Assembly: GCA_024626585.2 (NCBI GenBank) | Contig: JANKJI020000002.1 | Span: 80,976,422-80,997,418, forward strand | Origin: Ginkgo biloba | Lineage: Eukaryota; Plantae; Ginkgophyta | DNA length: 20,997 nucleotides | Direction of reading: 5' to 3' | Shown here: positions 10,030 through 20,997 of the stretch, piece by piece | Layout: the number at the start of each line of letters is the position of its first letter | How positions within the stretch are numbered: the first letter of the stretch is position 1 | The notes under the pieces: model-generated | Databases searched by the model: none | Told to the model about the DNA's origin: nothing | Seen by the model: the letters and a program-made list of their open reading frames with translations, nothing else | Program-made: the position numbers and the translations under genes

Positions 10030-11050
10030 TAATGTGGGATCAGAGAGAGATACTTCATTCATCCTTTTCACCTAATGAATCCCATTTCAAAATGCTTATC
10101 AATTCTTCAAAATTAGTGATGCTAAAAATTCACCAATTACCTCTTCTAATGCGTGCGATATGGATTCTCTTGCATCAGTTATCTATGAGCACCAAGAGGA
10201 GTTGGATAAGCATCTATTTGTAGAGTGGAAGTTCAACAAGGAGGTATGGAAGGAGGCCTTGGGCTTAATCAAATCCCCTCAAGATATACATCTCCCTTTT
10301 GGCAATGTCTAGGATCTTCTTAATGATTAAAATTGTCTATTAGGAGTCAAAGGGATGCTTAAGTTAAAAAGGAGTTATCTATTTCATTTAAAAAGGGATA
10401 TCCCAAAGTTTATCTTATGGTTTTTCTGGTTGGAAGGAATAATTATATTTTTAACAATTGTCATGCTTCAGTGGCTAGGCTGATGAATGCAATAAAGAGA
10501 CTAATGGGGGAATGCATTTATACTATAAAATTAAAGGAGAAGCATCCTTTGGAGAAGGAAGATTTGATTGAACTTGCAACTTGGGGTTTAGCTTGTCTAG
10601 AACTGGCAAAGTCAGGGAGAGTTTTAGAGAAGGATAAAGGAAAGAAGGGGCAAATCAAGATTCGACTGAGAGAGGGGCAAAGTCTTTTATTTTCTTAATG
10701 GGGCATTAAGAAAGAACCTAGGATAGGATGGGCTAGGAGGACTTTTGGTGCTTCCGGACCAACTAGGTAGATTGGATTTCTATAAAGGTTTGCGTATCTC
10801 TTCCAATAACATATTATAAGGCATGACACTTAAAGAAACTTTTAATGGAGAATAATGTTTAGAAAGTCAATATTTTAAAGATTCTAAAGTAATTATTGAT
10901 CGGGTTCATAATTGGTGGATCTGCAATAATCCTAGCCTAGAGATCATAGTGAAGGATATCAAATATATACTACCCCATTTTAAGGCTTAGAAAATCTATT
11001 ACTTGAGTAGGAATTAGAATGCCTAGGCAAATTTAATGGCTAAATAGGGA
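10030..11050 (+). mobile_element. Degenerate L1-clade LINE ORF2 3' end (zf-RVT and RNase H/RVT_3)
   Basis: Motifs occur in the expected order. First FQNAYQFFK (cf. FSVKSAY), then EHQEELDKHLFVEWKFNKEVWKE from 10187 (cf. EESIDHLFxxCxFxxxVW), then IPKFILWFFWL/RNNYIFNN (cf. WxIWxERNxxIF). RNase H at 10688-11050 reads YFLNGALRKNLG*DGLGGLL...FYKGLRISSNNIL*GMTLKE...KDSKVIIDRV...LEIIVKDIKYIL...IYYLSRN*NA*ANLMAK*G (cf. DGASRGNPG, SNNxAE, GDS, HxxRxxNxxADxLAKxG). Multiple stops and frameshifts. Confidence 0.85.
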
Positions 11051-11760
11051 TTTATGAACAAGGACGATAAATTTGGTCAGTTGATACTACGCTCTCTAAT
11101 TTTTAATCGATCTCTATGAATGAGGCTTAAAGAATCCAATTTGGGGGATCATAGGGCTCAAAACTCAGTTGAAATAACTATCAGTTGGGATTTACTTATT
11201 AACTAGTCTAAAGAGGAAGAAACCACTTGCTAACAATTATCAATGATTAAATTTTTCAGATGGTTTTATTGGATTTCCATATTTTAAGAGGCCTCAAAAG
11301 GCCCAGCAAGTCAAGTTTAGGTGATGTCATCATTGGCCAGAGAGAGGCGATAATGGATAGTTCAAAGTTGGGTCATATTATCTATTTCATAGACCACTTT
11401 TATTCTTGGTTTCTATTATAGGTCTAATCTAGTATAGTTCTATTGGAGGAGGTTAACTATAGTCCCAAAGCGATGGGGTGAAGGGGTGATATTGTTTGTT
11501 ATGCCAAATGTAATGTTGAGTAACTGTGCTTGTTTTTTGCTCTTTTCATCATAATTAAAGTTCATCTTTGTCTTGTATTTTGGGCTTAAAATCCATTGTA
11601 TTATATGTCAATGATCGTATATTAATCAAAGCTTTTATTTTTATCGATTTTTTTTTTAATAGGTATTGTATTAATATTAAATGCGCTAAATATATTCAAG
11701 ATTTGATGGGTGAAAATTATTTTCCTCACTATTTTTAAAAAATAAATAAAGTCAAAGAAT

Positions 11761-11832
11761 ATTATATCAATATTAAATACAACAAGGATTATATCAATAT
11801 TAAATACAACAAGGATTATATCAATATTAAAT
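11761..11832. repeat. 27-bp tandem repeat, 2.7 perfect copies
   Basis: ATTATATCAATATTAAATACAACAAGG at 11761-11787 and 11788-11814, with a partial copy at 11815-11832. Confidence 0.95.
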
Positions 11833-12980
11833 GCATTAAATGTATTCAATTTGATGGGTGGTAATTATTTGCCATAGGTAAAGTCTAGTATGCCATTAAT
11901 GGTAATTTTATCCTTTCCCATTATCACTCATATTCCAAGTCATATATTTACTAAAAAACGTGTAACTCTAATAGTCCATAAAGCTCCAAAGAATTGAGAA
12001 ATATATACTTTGATGCAAGTTCAAGGACTGATAATTAGTTGGTCAAATCTTTAGGATAATCCATGCATGGGTCTCTAGGGTTAGAATTTTTTATCTTTAT
12101 CATTAGAGAGCTTTATACAATCATAAGAGAGTTTATGATGGGTTCTCTAGAAGATTTATCATTATTATTTAATTAATTAATAATATGCATTCATAAACCA
12201 ATTAGAGAAAATTTTAAGGGCATATTTTTTCCATTAGCCAAATTTTTAAGTATTTAAATAGTCATTTGGCAAAATTTTCCTATTAATCATTTTATAATAG
12301 TTCATCCCTATGTACATACTAAAGTTTAAGAAAAAAATATTTTTGCCTTTTAAAAGAAATAGTGAAAAGGTAAAAAAAAGTCATTCACCTTATTTTATTC
12401 ATTGTTTCATCCATTCTGTCGAAGTGAGAGACTGGATCTCTGGATCAAGCAAAAGCACTGGTTTTTGATAGGTACAAGTCAAAGAAAGTACACAAACACA
12501 CTANNNNNNNNNNNNNNNNNNNNNNNNNNNNNNNNNNNNNNNNNNNNNNNNNNNNNNNNNNNNNNNNNNNNNNNNNNNNNNNNNNNNNNNNNNNNNNNNN
12601 NNNAATGGTGATCTCTACTAAGTGACTAAAGGAGTGCAAAGACATGGCTAAGAGAAGGGAGGCCATACCTATTAATGAGATCTCTCACAAAGCATTAAGG
12701 GATTTACCAAATAAACCCTTGAGGGACATGAAGCTTCATGGAGAAGCTAATGGAAGGACACTGAGCTAGGGGACGCATGAGGAAGAAGAAAGAAAGTATG
12801 CTTTTTATGTTAAATTTTGGTGATTTTGGTTTCTTGGAGAAAAAATGCAATTGCAGGTAGTTGAGCGATCAATTGGGTGTTTGTGTGCAGGTTTTAAGGA
12901 GAGGGGCGATTGAAGAAGGATTCAAAGGAACAAGTGTAAAGTGTTGTGCATCTTGGAAGATTAGTGTAGAGACCTCCATC

Positions 12981-13354
12981 CATTTATTTTGGTGTTGATT
13001 CACCCACACACTAGTAGAATCATCGATTGAGGTAGACAATGAAGAATTATGATTGCTCTGTTCATTTATTTGGTGCTACTAGCACTTGCAAACTAATAGA
13101 ATTATTGATTGAGGCAATAGTGAGGGCTAACATTAACATTGATTGATGCAGTTGGTGATGGCTAACCAAAATTATCGATTGAGGTAGTTTGTGATGGGGA
13201 TGTGAGTTTCTCCTTGTTTTGGTGTGTTGAACACCTACAGACCAGTTGAATCATGGATTGAGGCAGTTGGTATGACATTGAAGCTCAAAGCTATATTTTT
13301 GGTGAGAGATCACACTTACAAACCAACCAACCTGTTGATTGAGGAAGTTGGTGA
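12981..13354. repeat. Degenerate ~80-bp tandem array with core GATTGAGG(C/T)AGTTGGTGA
   Basis: Core starts at 13025, 13107, 13141, 13177, 13256 and 13337. TTTGGTG...CAC precedes the four long-unit cores. Confidence 0.8.
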
Positions 13355-15982
13355 GAGAGCATTGAGGTTCCACCAAGTGACAACGAGCAAGAGAGATGTG
13401 AATAAGTCAGGCATTTTGGTATTGTGATATTTTATCAAGTTCAGAAGACTTGTTGGCAGAGGCAGGGTTTAACCCTTATTTTTCTTTATAAGTTTAATAT
13501 ATGAAACTAGTCAACATGTGAATGGAGTCATTGGGATTTCTTGTAAGGCTTTAGTAACCATTGGGAGTGATTTTCTTAATGTACTTGGAGTTTTCTTCCC
13601 TATGAGGGTTTCTCTAGTTTAAAATATGGTGTTAAGCTCTGTCATGTAAATGTTTAAATTAATTTTCCATGTGTGCTTATTGATGATGAGATAACTTCTT
13701 GTATTTTGGGTTTTGTAGGTGATGTGTGTTGCTACCTATCATGCTACTGTAGCATTTCCTATTTCCTTGGGAATTTAAAAAAAATTCATATCCATATAAT
13801 ATTATTAAAAAAAAGAGAGGTGTGTGTCAGTGAACCACCAATGACTTGTTTCCCAAACTGGCATTGAATTCTGCCAACCACGTCGACAAGGCAAAGTCGA
13901 GATCANNNNNNNNNNNNNNNNNNNNNNNNNNNNNNNNNNNNNNNNNNNNNNNNNNNNNNNNNNNNNNNNNNNNNNNNNNNNNNNNNNNNNNNNNNNNNNN
14001 NNNNNTTCTTTCCTCATTTTCAACCAAGGTACCAATTTCACTTCAAAGGTTATGAAAAATTATAATTATAACTTTGGGCATACACCAACCTTTTAGTATT
14101 CCATTTCACATTACTTCAAATGGCCCCACAGAATGACATAATGGCATTCTTACATAAATCTTGGTAATGCATACAAATCTTCACCATTCTTACTAGGATC
14201 ACTTCCTTCCATATGTCATTTTTTGCTTTTAATACTTATATATAAGATTCTAATCACATTTCTCATTTTTCATGCCCTTTATAATCTCACTAATGCTTTG
14301 CACCTTACTATCAACCTTCCTTCATATTCTACTTTAAATCCTTCCACATAAACTTGGTATGATCATTTGAACTTTATTTTGTTAATGTTGTATTCTGCTT
14401 TACTTCATAATCTGACACAATTACAACAATAGCAAAAATGTTATCATGACATGCACCATTATGTTCAAACATTTATAACTACTAACTTAGTGTTAGTTTA
14501 CCATTCATTTCATAAACCTAGTCATTTTGAAAATCTAGCACATTATTCACTAGAGTGATACAAAATACTTTGCAACTTATATATTCATTATATTAGTTTT
14601 AATACTCAACCAATATTACATTTCACTACCCACGTGTTTCTAAGATGAAACCTTTCCATGGCCAACCTTATACCCTCTCATCTTTATGAGGGAATAATAT
14701 AATGCAAGATGTGTAGGACCATGCTAAAGAGACAATTAATGGACAAATGAAAGTGGTTATAACATAACCATCTAGTTCATTACAAACATTATGTATTTAT
14801 GGATAACACAAACATGATATATTTATGGATAAATTATGCATTAAATCAAAGAGGTAGATGAAAAAGTAAATCTTCCTTTGCAAATTAGTCATGATGATAT
14901 AATCCAATGTAATTATTTCTTTAGTTCTTATGAATATGATAGAATGGAACAAAATTAGAATTGATGAAGAAACTATTTTACATACCACTACCAAAATGTA
15001 ACTCTCTAAGCATGAAGCTTCGTGAATATCTTATAGTTATTTGTAGTACAAACCTATCTCTACAATATTCTTTAGATATAAATACCTATTATGGGACACA
15101 AAGATTAAAGGTGATTAAAATACCTATGATTTAAGAAATGGAAGATGCAATGCCTTGAATATTAGTCACATCTTATTCTTTTACACCTTAGAGTTATAAA
15201 AATAACCTTCAAAATATAGAAGAAAGATGGGAATGAAATGGGATACGGAACATGTTGATATAAGTCAATATTTATTATACTCTCAATAATAACCATCTCT
15301 GATTCATAGCTTCTTGAGGATATACTTAAGAAATATTTCCTTCATGAAACATCAATAATAGTGATCTAAAACTTGAGAATGTGTATAGTGGAAGTAAAAA
15401 TTTAAAATTAAACATAATTCATAATATAACATTCACAAGTAATGATCATAATTATAATAGATTCAAATTCTCATTTAAAAGAGCTGAGGAAGTGGAGCAA
15501 TTATCCATAATTACAACAATTTATCTCTTATAATGGGAATAAAATTAGACTACTAAGAAAACTTGTTGTTTTTAAGAAGAAAACTTACATTTGTATATGG
15601 AGTCACAAGTTATGAATCTTGAAGAAATTATAGGATATTTCCTAGTACTTATAAATAAATCACAAGTTTAAAACTTGGAGAAATCGGAAGCCTTCACTTA
15701 CTAAAGAAAACCTAATGCTTTAAATCATTATCAAAGAAATTTGCTCATAGAGGAATGAATGAGAAGGATGTCTTCCCTAAAATCCCTTTCAAAATTAGAT
15801 CTCAAAAGCATTTATCCTCCTCTTTTGGGAATTTATCAAATTAGTTACCATAACTGTTCATTTCAACTTGCTAAAGGGGTGACATGGCACCCAAATTTTG
15901 TCACTGTAATCGTACACCTTTTTGACTCGAGAACGATAATTTTCTTAAGTTATAATATTTTATTGAATTTTATTAATTGAAT

Positions 15983-16430
15983 TTCTTAGTGACTTGATAT
16001 TTTTTCATGACAAAGGGAACAAGTTTTTAACTTTCCACAAACCTTTACCAACTTTCTAAAGTTTGGGAATTTTCTTGTGAATTAATATTTTGTCACAATA
16101 AAGGGTGTGACATTTTGCTAGGCACTAACCTTTACCAACTTAATGGAATTTGGGAATTTTCTTGCGACTCAATATTTTGCCACGAAGTTTGTGACATTTT
16201 GCTTGGTTGCAAACTTTTGATGACTTCCCAAAAAGTGTTTATATTCTCATGACTTAGTAATTTGTCGGGACAAAGCGCGTGACTTTTTGCCTGTCATAGA
16301 CTTTTGCCCACTCTTTGAAAACTCACACTTTCTTGTGAACTTGGTATTTTGTTGCGGCAAAGTGTGCAACTTCTTACTGGTCATGAACTTTTGCCCATTT
16401 TTTGAAAACCCGCAGTTTCTTGTAGCTTGC
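15983..16430. repeat. Degenerate ~86-bp minisatellite, just over 5 copies
   Basis: Unit starts (TTCTTGTGAxTTxxTATTTTG...AAAG.GTGTGAC.TTTT...AC(C/T)TTT.CC.A) at about 15983, 16071, 16158, 16244, 16328 and 16415 (last one partial). Confidence 0.85.
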
Positions 16431-18849
16431 ATTTTCTTGCAAATTTGTCTAAGGGGATTTTCTTGTAATTTGGGTGGATTCCTCGAACCNNNNNNNNNNN
16501 NNNNNNNNNNNNNNNNNNNNNNNNNNNNNNNNNNNNNNNNNNNNNNNNNNNNNNNNNNNNNNNNNNNNNNNNNNNNNNNNNNNNNNNNNTTAGTAGTTTC
16601 GGTGATGCTCTCTACAAGTCCACAACCAAGCGAACAAAATGATAAAACAAATAAATGAATAAATAAATAATACCAAGAACAATCTTTGATAATCATCAAC
16701 AAAGTGCTTAAGACCTGCAAAGAAATGTTAATAATACAAATACTAAATGCTAATGTAAACATTAACAAAAAATAGTAATGATATGGACGTTTAGAAAAAA
16801 ATGTTGTATCACGTAGTAAATAATGCAAGATAAACTAGACACTGATGTTGATAAGCAGAAAACCTTAAATCATGTGGCACAAAGGCGCTAACAATAGCTT
16901 TGTAAATCTATAAATCTGTTAAAAATAAAATTGTTGATCGTAAAATAAAATAAATGAAAGGCTCTCGATTCAGACACTACACATAAGCATTAATATTCAG
17001 TTGGCTTGAACGCTACATAGTTAGCACACTAAATTTTAGATGCCATATTATAGCAAAAATATTAACACTAAAATAGAATAATAAAATGCTTAACACTAAA
17101 CTAAATATTAAATAGAGGCACTAATGATATATGAAAAACATTTTAACGAAAGAAACGTAAAACAACATTTTCCTTGTACTTCCTACACATAAATGTTAGT
17201 GATTATTAAGCCAAAACGTGCAAGAAGAGGCTAATAAGAGAGGCATGCAAAGAAACGTTAGTGATAGTTTTAGTTACGTAAAGGTATTTAAATCTTCCAC
17301 CTCACAAGTGCTAATGCTAAGAATATTAGAAAAATATTAAATCTAAATATTTAATAGATACAAATGCATAAAATAGGGCATCAATATGATGATACACAAA
17401 TGCCTAATAGTAAAAATATAAACGTTGAATAAAATGAACAAATAAAAGCATGCACCAAAAAACGTTTAGATTATAATTAAACCTGCACAAATTAATTCTA
17501 AACACCAAAGCAAGTCTACATACAGATGTTGGACAGAGGCGTTAGGTACTGAATTGAACAAAGATGTTAGACATTGATGATTCTGTCCGGGATGCGAATA
17601 AATGAATTGATAACGTTGAATATTGACAATCTCCACATGAACGCTAATATACCGTTATTTAAATGTTGCACAGAAATGCACGTCCTCAAAAAAACGCTCA
17701 CGTTACAGAAAAATCACTTAACTCGCTAACTCATTGACTGCTTACACAAACCCGTTAATCCGTTAACCCATTAACCTGCACAAACCCGTTAACTCGTTTA
17801 CAATCTGCCTGTGCACAAAAAAGAATCGTTAAACTCTGCTTTTGCCTTTGGTAAATGCCCAAAACCGTTTGACGCTGTCACTGCAAACAAACGTCCAAAT
17901 AAGCAAAAAAGAAAGAAAAAAAAACTGTGTGACGTTATGTTTAAGTGTTAACTGTGCCAAAATGCCAAAAGGCAAGACGTTGTGTTAGACACTATCGGCA
18001 ATAACAGTGTACAAATACTAACCAGGATAGGGACGTTAATGGCCGATATCACAAACTAATCATGCAACAAAGCAGGAAAAAAAATAACTAAACCAATATT
18101 AATCTACTGTGGGTCAGTCAGCAAAGTAAGACGCTGTGTTCAGTTAAAGAAAAATGTTATTTTTGCTGCATTAAGATAANNNNNNNNNNNNNNNNNNNNN
18201 NNNNNNNNNNNNNNNNNNNNNNNNNNNNNNNNNNNNNNNNNNNNNNNNNNNNNNNNNNNNNNNNNNNNNNNNNNNNNNNCATTACAATAAGTAAAATGAG
18301 AGAAGAAGAAGAGAGGAGAGGAATGATTCTCCTTGTAAGACCCTCTATTAAGAAATTTTGTAAAAGAATCAGGCCCTTAGAATGGTCGACTTCACCAGAA
18401 AAACCTCTTTGGATCAATTTTATAAAATGGGGCCAAACCTTTAAATCAAAAATGATCTACACTTTTATATATTGCCTAAACAATGAGGAGAATTACCTTT
18501 GGGTTTTGAAAATATTTCTTAGGGGGGGATAATCCTGTTTATTTACAAAGTCCTCCAAAATAAAATCCCCACCTTTAAGACTACCACCTACAAATGGTAT
18601 GGCCTATTATACACAGTCATGGGTTGCCTTACTAAAAAATTCAAGTGTTGGCATGCATGAAGGTTCCTCATAACTCTGGGTAAGTGTAGAACTACTTTTC
18701 ATCAAACACATTAGTGGCATGGTTATCATGGTGGAGGTGCCTACTACTATTCTATTGAGAAGAGGCCTCAAAATCCAAAAGAATGATTTTAATCCCCCCC
18801 CTTCCTGTGTAAAATTATGCCTCTAAGTCATGGGAACCTGGATGATCAT

Positions 18850-20064
18850 GATTGGTCCACATGGCCCCATCGTGGATGCCCTAAACTTATTTTCTAATTT
18901 TCATTTCCTCACTGTGTTATTATATGACCCCAAGAGCTTATGCGATTTCTTAGTCTCACCACCATCTCCTCTATTTTACTATGCTCCTGGGGTGGCACAA
19001 GATCTTAACATGTGTTGCCTTCTCATGAGCCCAGGCTTGCAGGACCTTCTCACCTCCAACTTACACTCTAAAATAGGCATGGGGAGGGCCCCCCAAGATG
19101 ACGCCATATGGCATCATCGCAGGCCCCTTTGAATATTACTTTGAGTTGGGGTGAGGCCCCCTTTTTTCACCTTGAAGTGAACAATGAGGCTGGGGCCCCG
19201 CGATGATGACGTGTTGTATCATCTCAGGGGATGAGGCCCCGTGCACAATTTTCTTTTCTTTTATGAGGGCCTCCAACATTACAAGGAGTAAGGCCTTGGG
19301 ATCTCATCACATGGTGAGATCTTAAGGACTCGGTCCTCACAGAGGTTTGGGGCCTCCCCACTCCATTTTTACACTTAGAAAAAATAAGGAAGAGAAAAAA
19401 AGTGGGGCGCAGGGAAAGAGTCCTACGACCCCCTCTGTGCATTACTCCCCCCGAAACATGCTACAAAATCCTTCAACACTGCAACAATTTGCTATGAACT
19501 AGAGAGGGAGACCTGGCATAATTTGGCCACATACATGTATGAAAAAATGCAATCAACACAAGCCTCCTTATTTTTCTAGCCCCCCTATAAGTTGTGCAAA
19601 ATCACAAAAATGCTTGAGGAAGATTATTACAAGGTTAGAATCTTATTTATCTAAGAGATTGAAAATAACACAACAAAAATCAACTACATTTTCTATTTAC
19701 ACAAGTTGTTTGGAGTAATAACTTGATTTTATTACAGGCCTCCTTAGGCTATTTGAACTTCACCCTCTTTCTAAGCCATCTGTCANNNNNNNNNNNNNNN
19801 NNNNNNNNNNNNNNNNNNNNNNNNNNNNNNNNNNNNNNNNNNNNNNNNNNNNNNNNNNNNNNNNNNNNNNNNNNNNNNNNNNNNNGGGACTTCTAACATT
19901 CTCTTTTATGTGCTTTGTTGTTGTGAGATCAGGAGGTGCATGATCATGCCACATGGATCAATCTCATAAACCTTAGGCTCAGATGCCATTTTCACAAATC
20001 AAATAAGTGTTGAGAATTTATGGTGCAGGGGAGGAGGCATAAGATGCCACCACATGGTGACATC
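18850..20064. repeat. Array of 22-bp imperfect palindromes GAT-N4-(CCAYRTGG-like)-N4-ATC, probably subterminal repeats of a DNA transposon
   Basis: Copies at 18850, 19001, 19097, 19202, 19300, 19942 and 20043. Several are flanked by GGGG/CCCC-rich arms. Confidence 0.65.
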
Positions 20065-20997
20065 TCGTTGACTCAGATAATCAAAATGCTTCAACACATT
20101 TTCATCATTCTGGGCCAATTTTATCTTCCTTTTAGTCGCAAAGGGTGGGGCAGTGACAACCTTCCATGTGTCATATTTTTTGGCACCTACACATAAGACA
20201 CTTAATAAAACACCTGTGAAATAAATTTAATATAAAATAAAATAGGGAAACGATAAAGAGAGCGATGTGGCTCCATTGTGGGTTTCCAATTAGTGCATAA
20301 TTTTCTTTCTAGGGAGATTGTTTGAATAACTTGGATATCAATAAAGGGGAATTTAATGACACTGCATATGGGCGACTCAATGGTGGGAGGAGAGTTGTAA
20401 AAGGTATAACTTTAAAGCTTCAGGGTGTACATACACTATTATAAGGGTGCAGGCAATATTAATGTGCAAAAGAGGGTCCCCATAGGATGGGACATGTTGG
20501 AGGCAACAATACACTTCCTATCACCCGTCGATTAGGTCCAAATTGATGCTAGTATCTTTATTTTCTACACAAACCCATGTCAATGTTGGTCAGACATAAA
20601 TTGACACATGACAAGCCCCACGACCATGTTGACCATCGATTTCCTTCAATTTTCTAAGACTTTGCTAATAATGAAATAAAATCCTTCACCGACATGACCT
20701 CCTACACCCGGTGTTGATGACATAAAAAATTCTTTGACTTGCCAAAGAGAAAATTTTAAAATTATGTGATGCTCCTGCATCAAGAATCCTCACTTATCAT
20801 TATAGAACAAATGGATGCCTATAATTATCATGTCAATAGTCAATAAAGATAATACGAATAGAGAAACAACGTTAATTAATATTATAACTTAATCCTAATG
20901 CATTATTATTATAACATTTTATTAAATATAATGAAAAATAAAAATAATCATATATATATTGTACTTGGATTATATCTATAACTTGTAATATATTCTT

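Larger units (their letters stand above)
1148..19885. other. Assembly gaps: eleven fixed ~100-N spacers
   Basis: N runs at 1148-1247, 2819-2918, 5218-5320 (103 N), 7236-7335, 8366-8465, 9866-9965, 12504-12603, 13906-14005, 16490-16589, 18180-18279 and 19786-19885. Shorter runs at 373-382, 2243-2263, 3195-3222, 3486-3519 and 4555-4576. Confidence 0.97.

Noticed and set aside
11622-11849. ORF with repeated FNIDIILVV
   Set aside because: Translation of the 27-bp tandem repeat; no coding evidence.
12217-12280. Possible MULE TIR end (GGAAAATTTTGCCAAATGAC on the minus strand)
   Set aside because: No partner TIR or TSD found in the contig.
12981-13354. CRISPR-like interpretation of the repeat array
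   Set aside because: Eukaryotic context, degenerate repeats, mutually homologous spacers and no cas genes.
14006-14420. Purine-rich minus-strand stretch resembling a decayed transposase
   Set aside because: Stops in all frames and no motif I can confidently assign.
16247-16828. 193-aa minus-strand ORF
   Set aside because: Chimera of two contigs across a 100-N gap: T-rich intron-like DNA plus minisatellite translation.
18830-19442. ORFs 18830..19132 and 19224..19442
   Set aside because: Fall in the GC-richer palindrome array; no recognisable domain.
1021-19954. Many ORF-track entries containing X runs
   Set aside because: They exceed the length threshold only because N gaps contain no stop codons.

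Overview
AT-rich eukaryotic (seed-plant) nuclear DNA from a fragmented draft assembly: 12 contigs of about 1.0-2.5 kb joined by eleven ~100-N spacers, plus five short N runs. One host gene is well supported. It is a minus-strand plant ELM2/SANT-like chromatin-regulator gene related to ARID1/ARID2 but with no visible ARID domain. Its probable first coding exon is at 4141-3668, and its ELM2 exon runs from 645 off the left edge. The ORF track misses most of that exon because a 10-N gap breaks the frame. The rest is degraded transposon-derived and intergenic DNA: an L1-type LINE 3' end (zf-RVT plus RNase H), LTR remnants (a tRNA-iMet PBS and a candidate solo LTR), a decayed Cys-rich/coiled-coil ORF, microsatellites and several degenerate tandem arrays. 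The most unusual features are an array of 22-bp palindromes at ~100-bp spacing (18850-20064) and one contig lacking CpG depletion (16590-18179). I find no convincing evidence of a new biological system; most oddities are best explained as transposon internal structure or assembly artefact.
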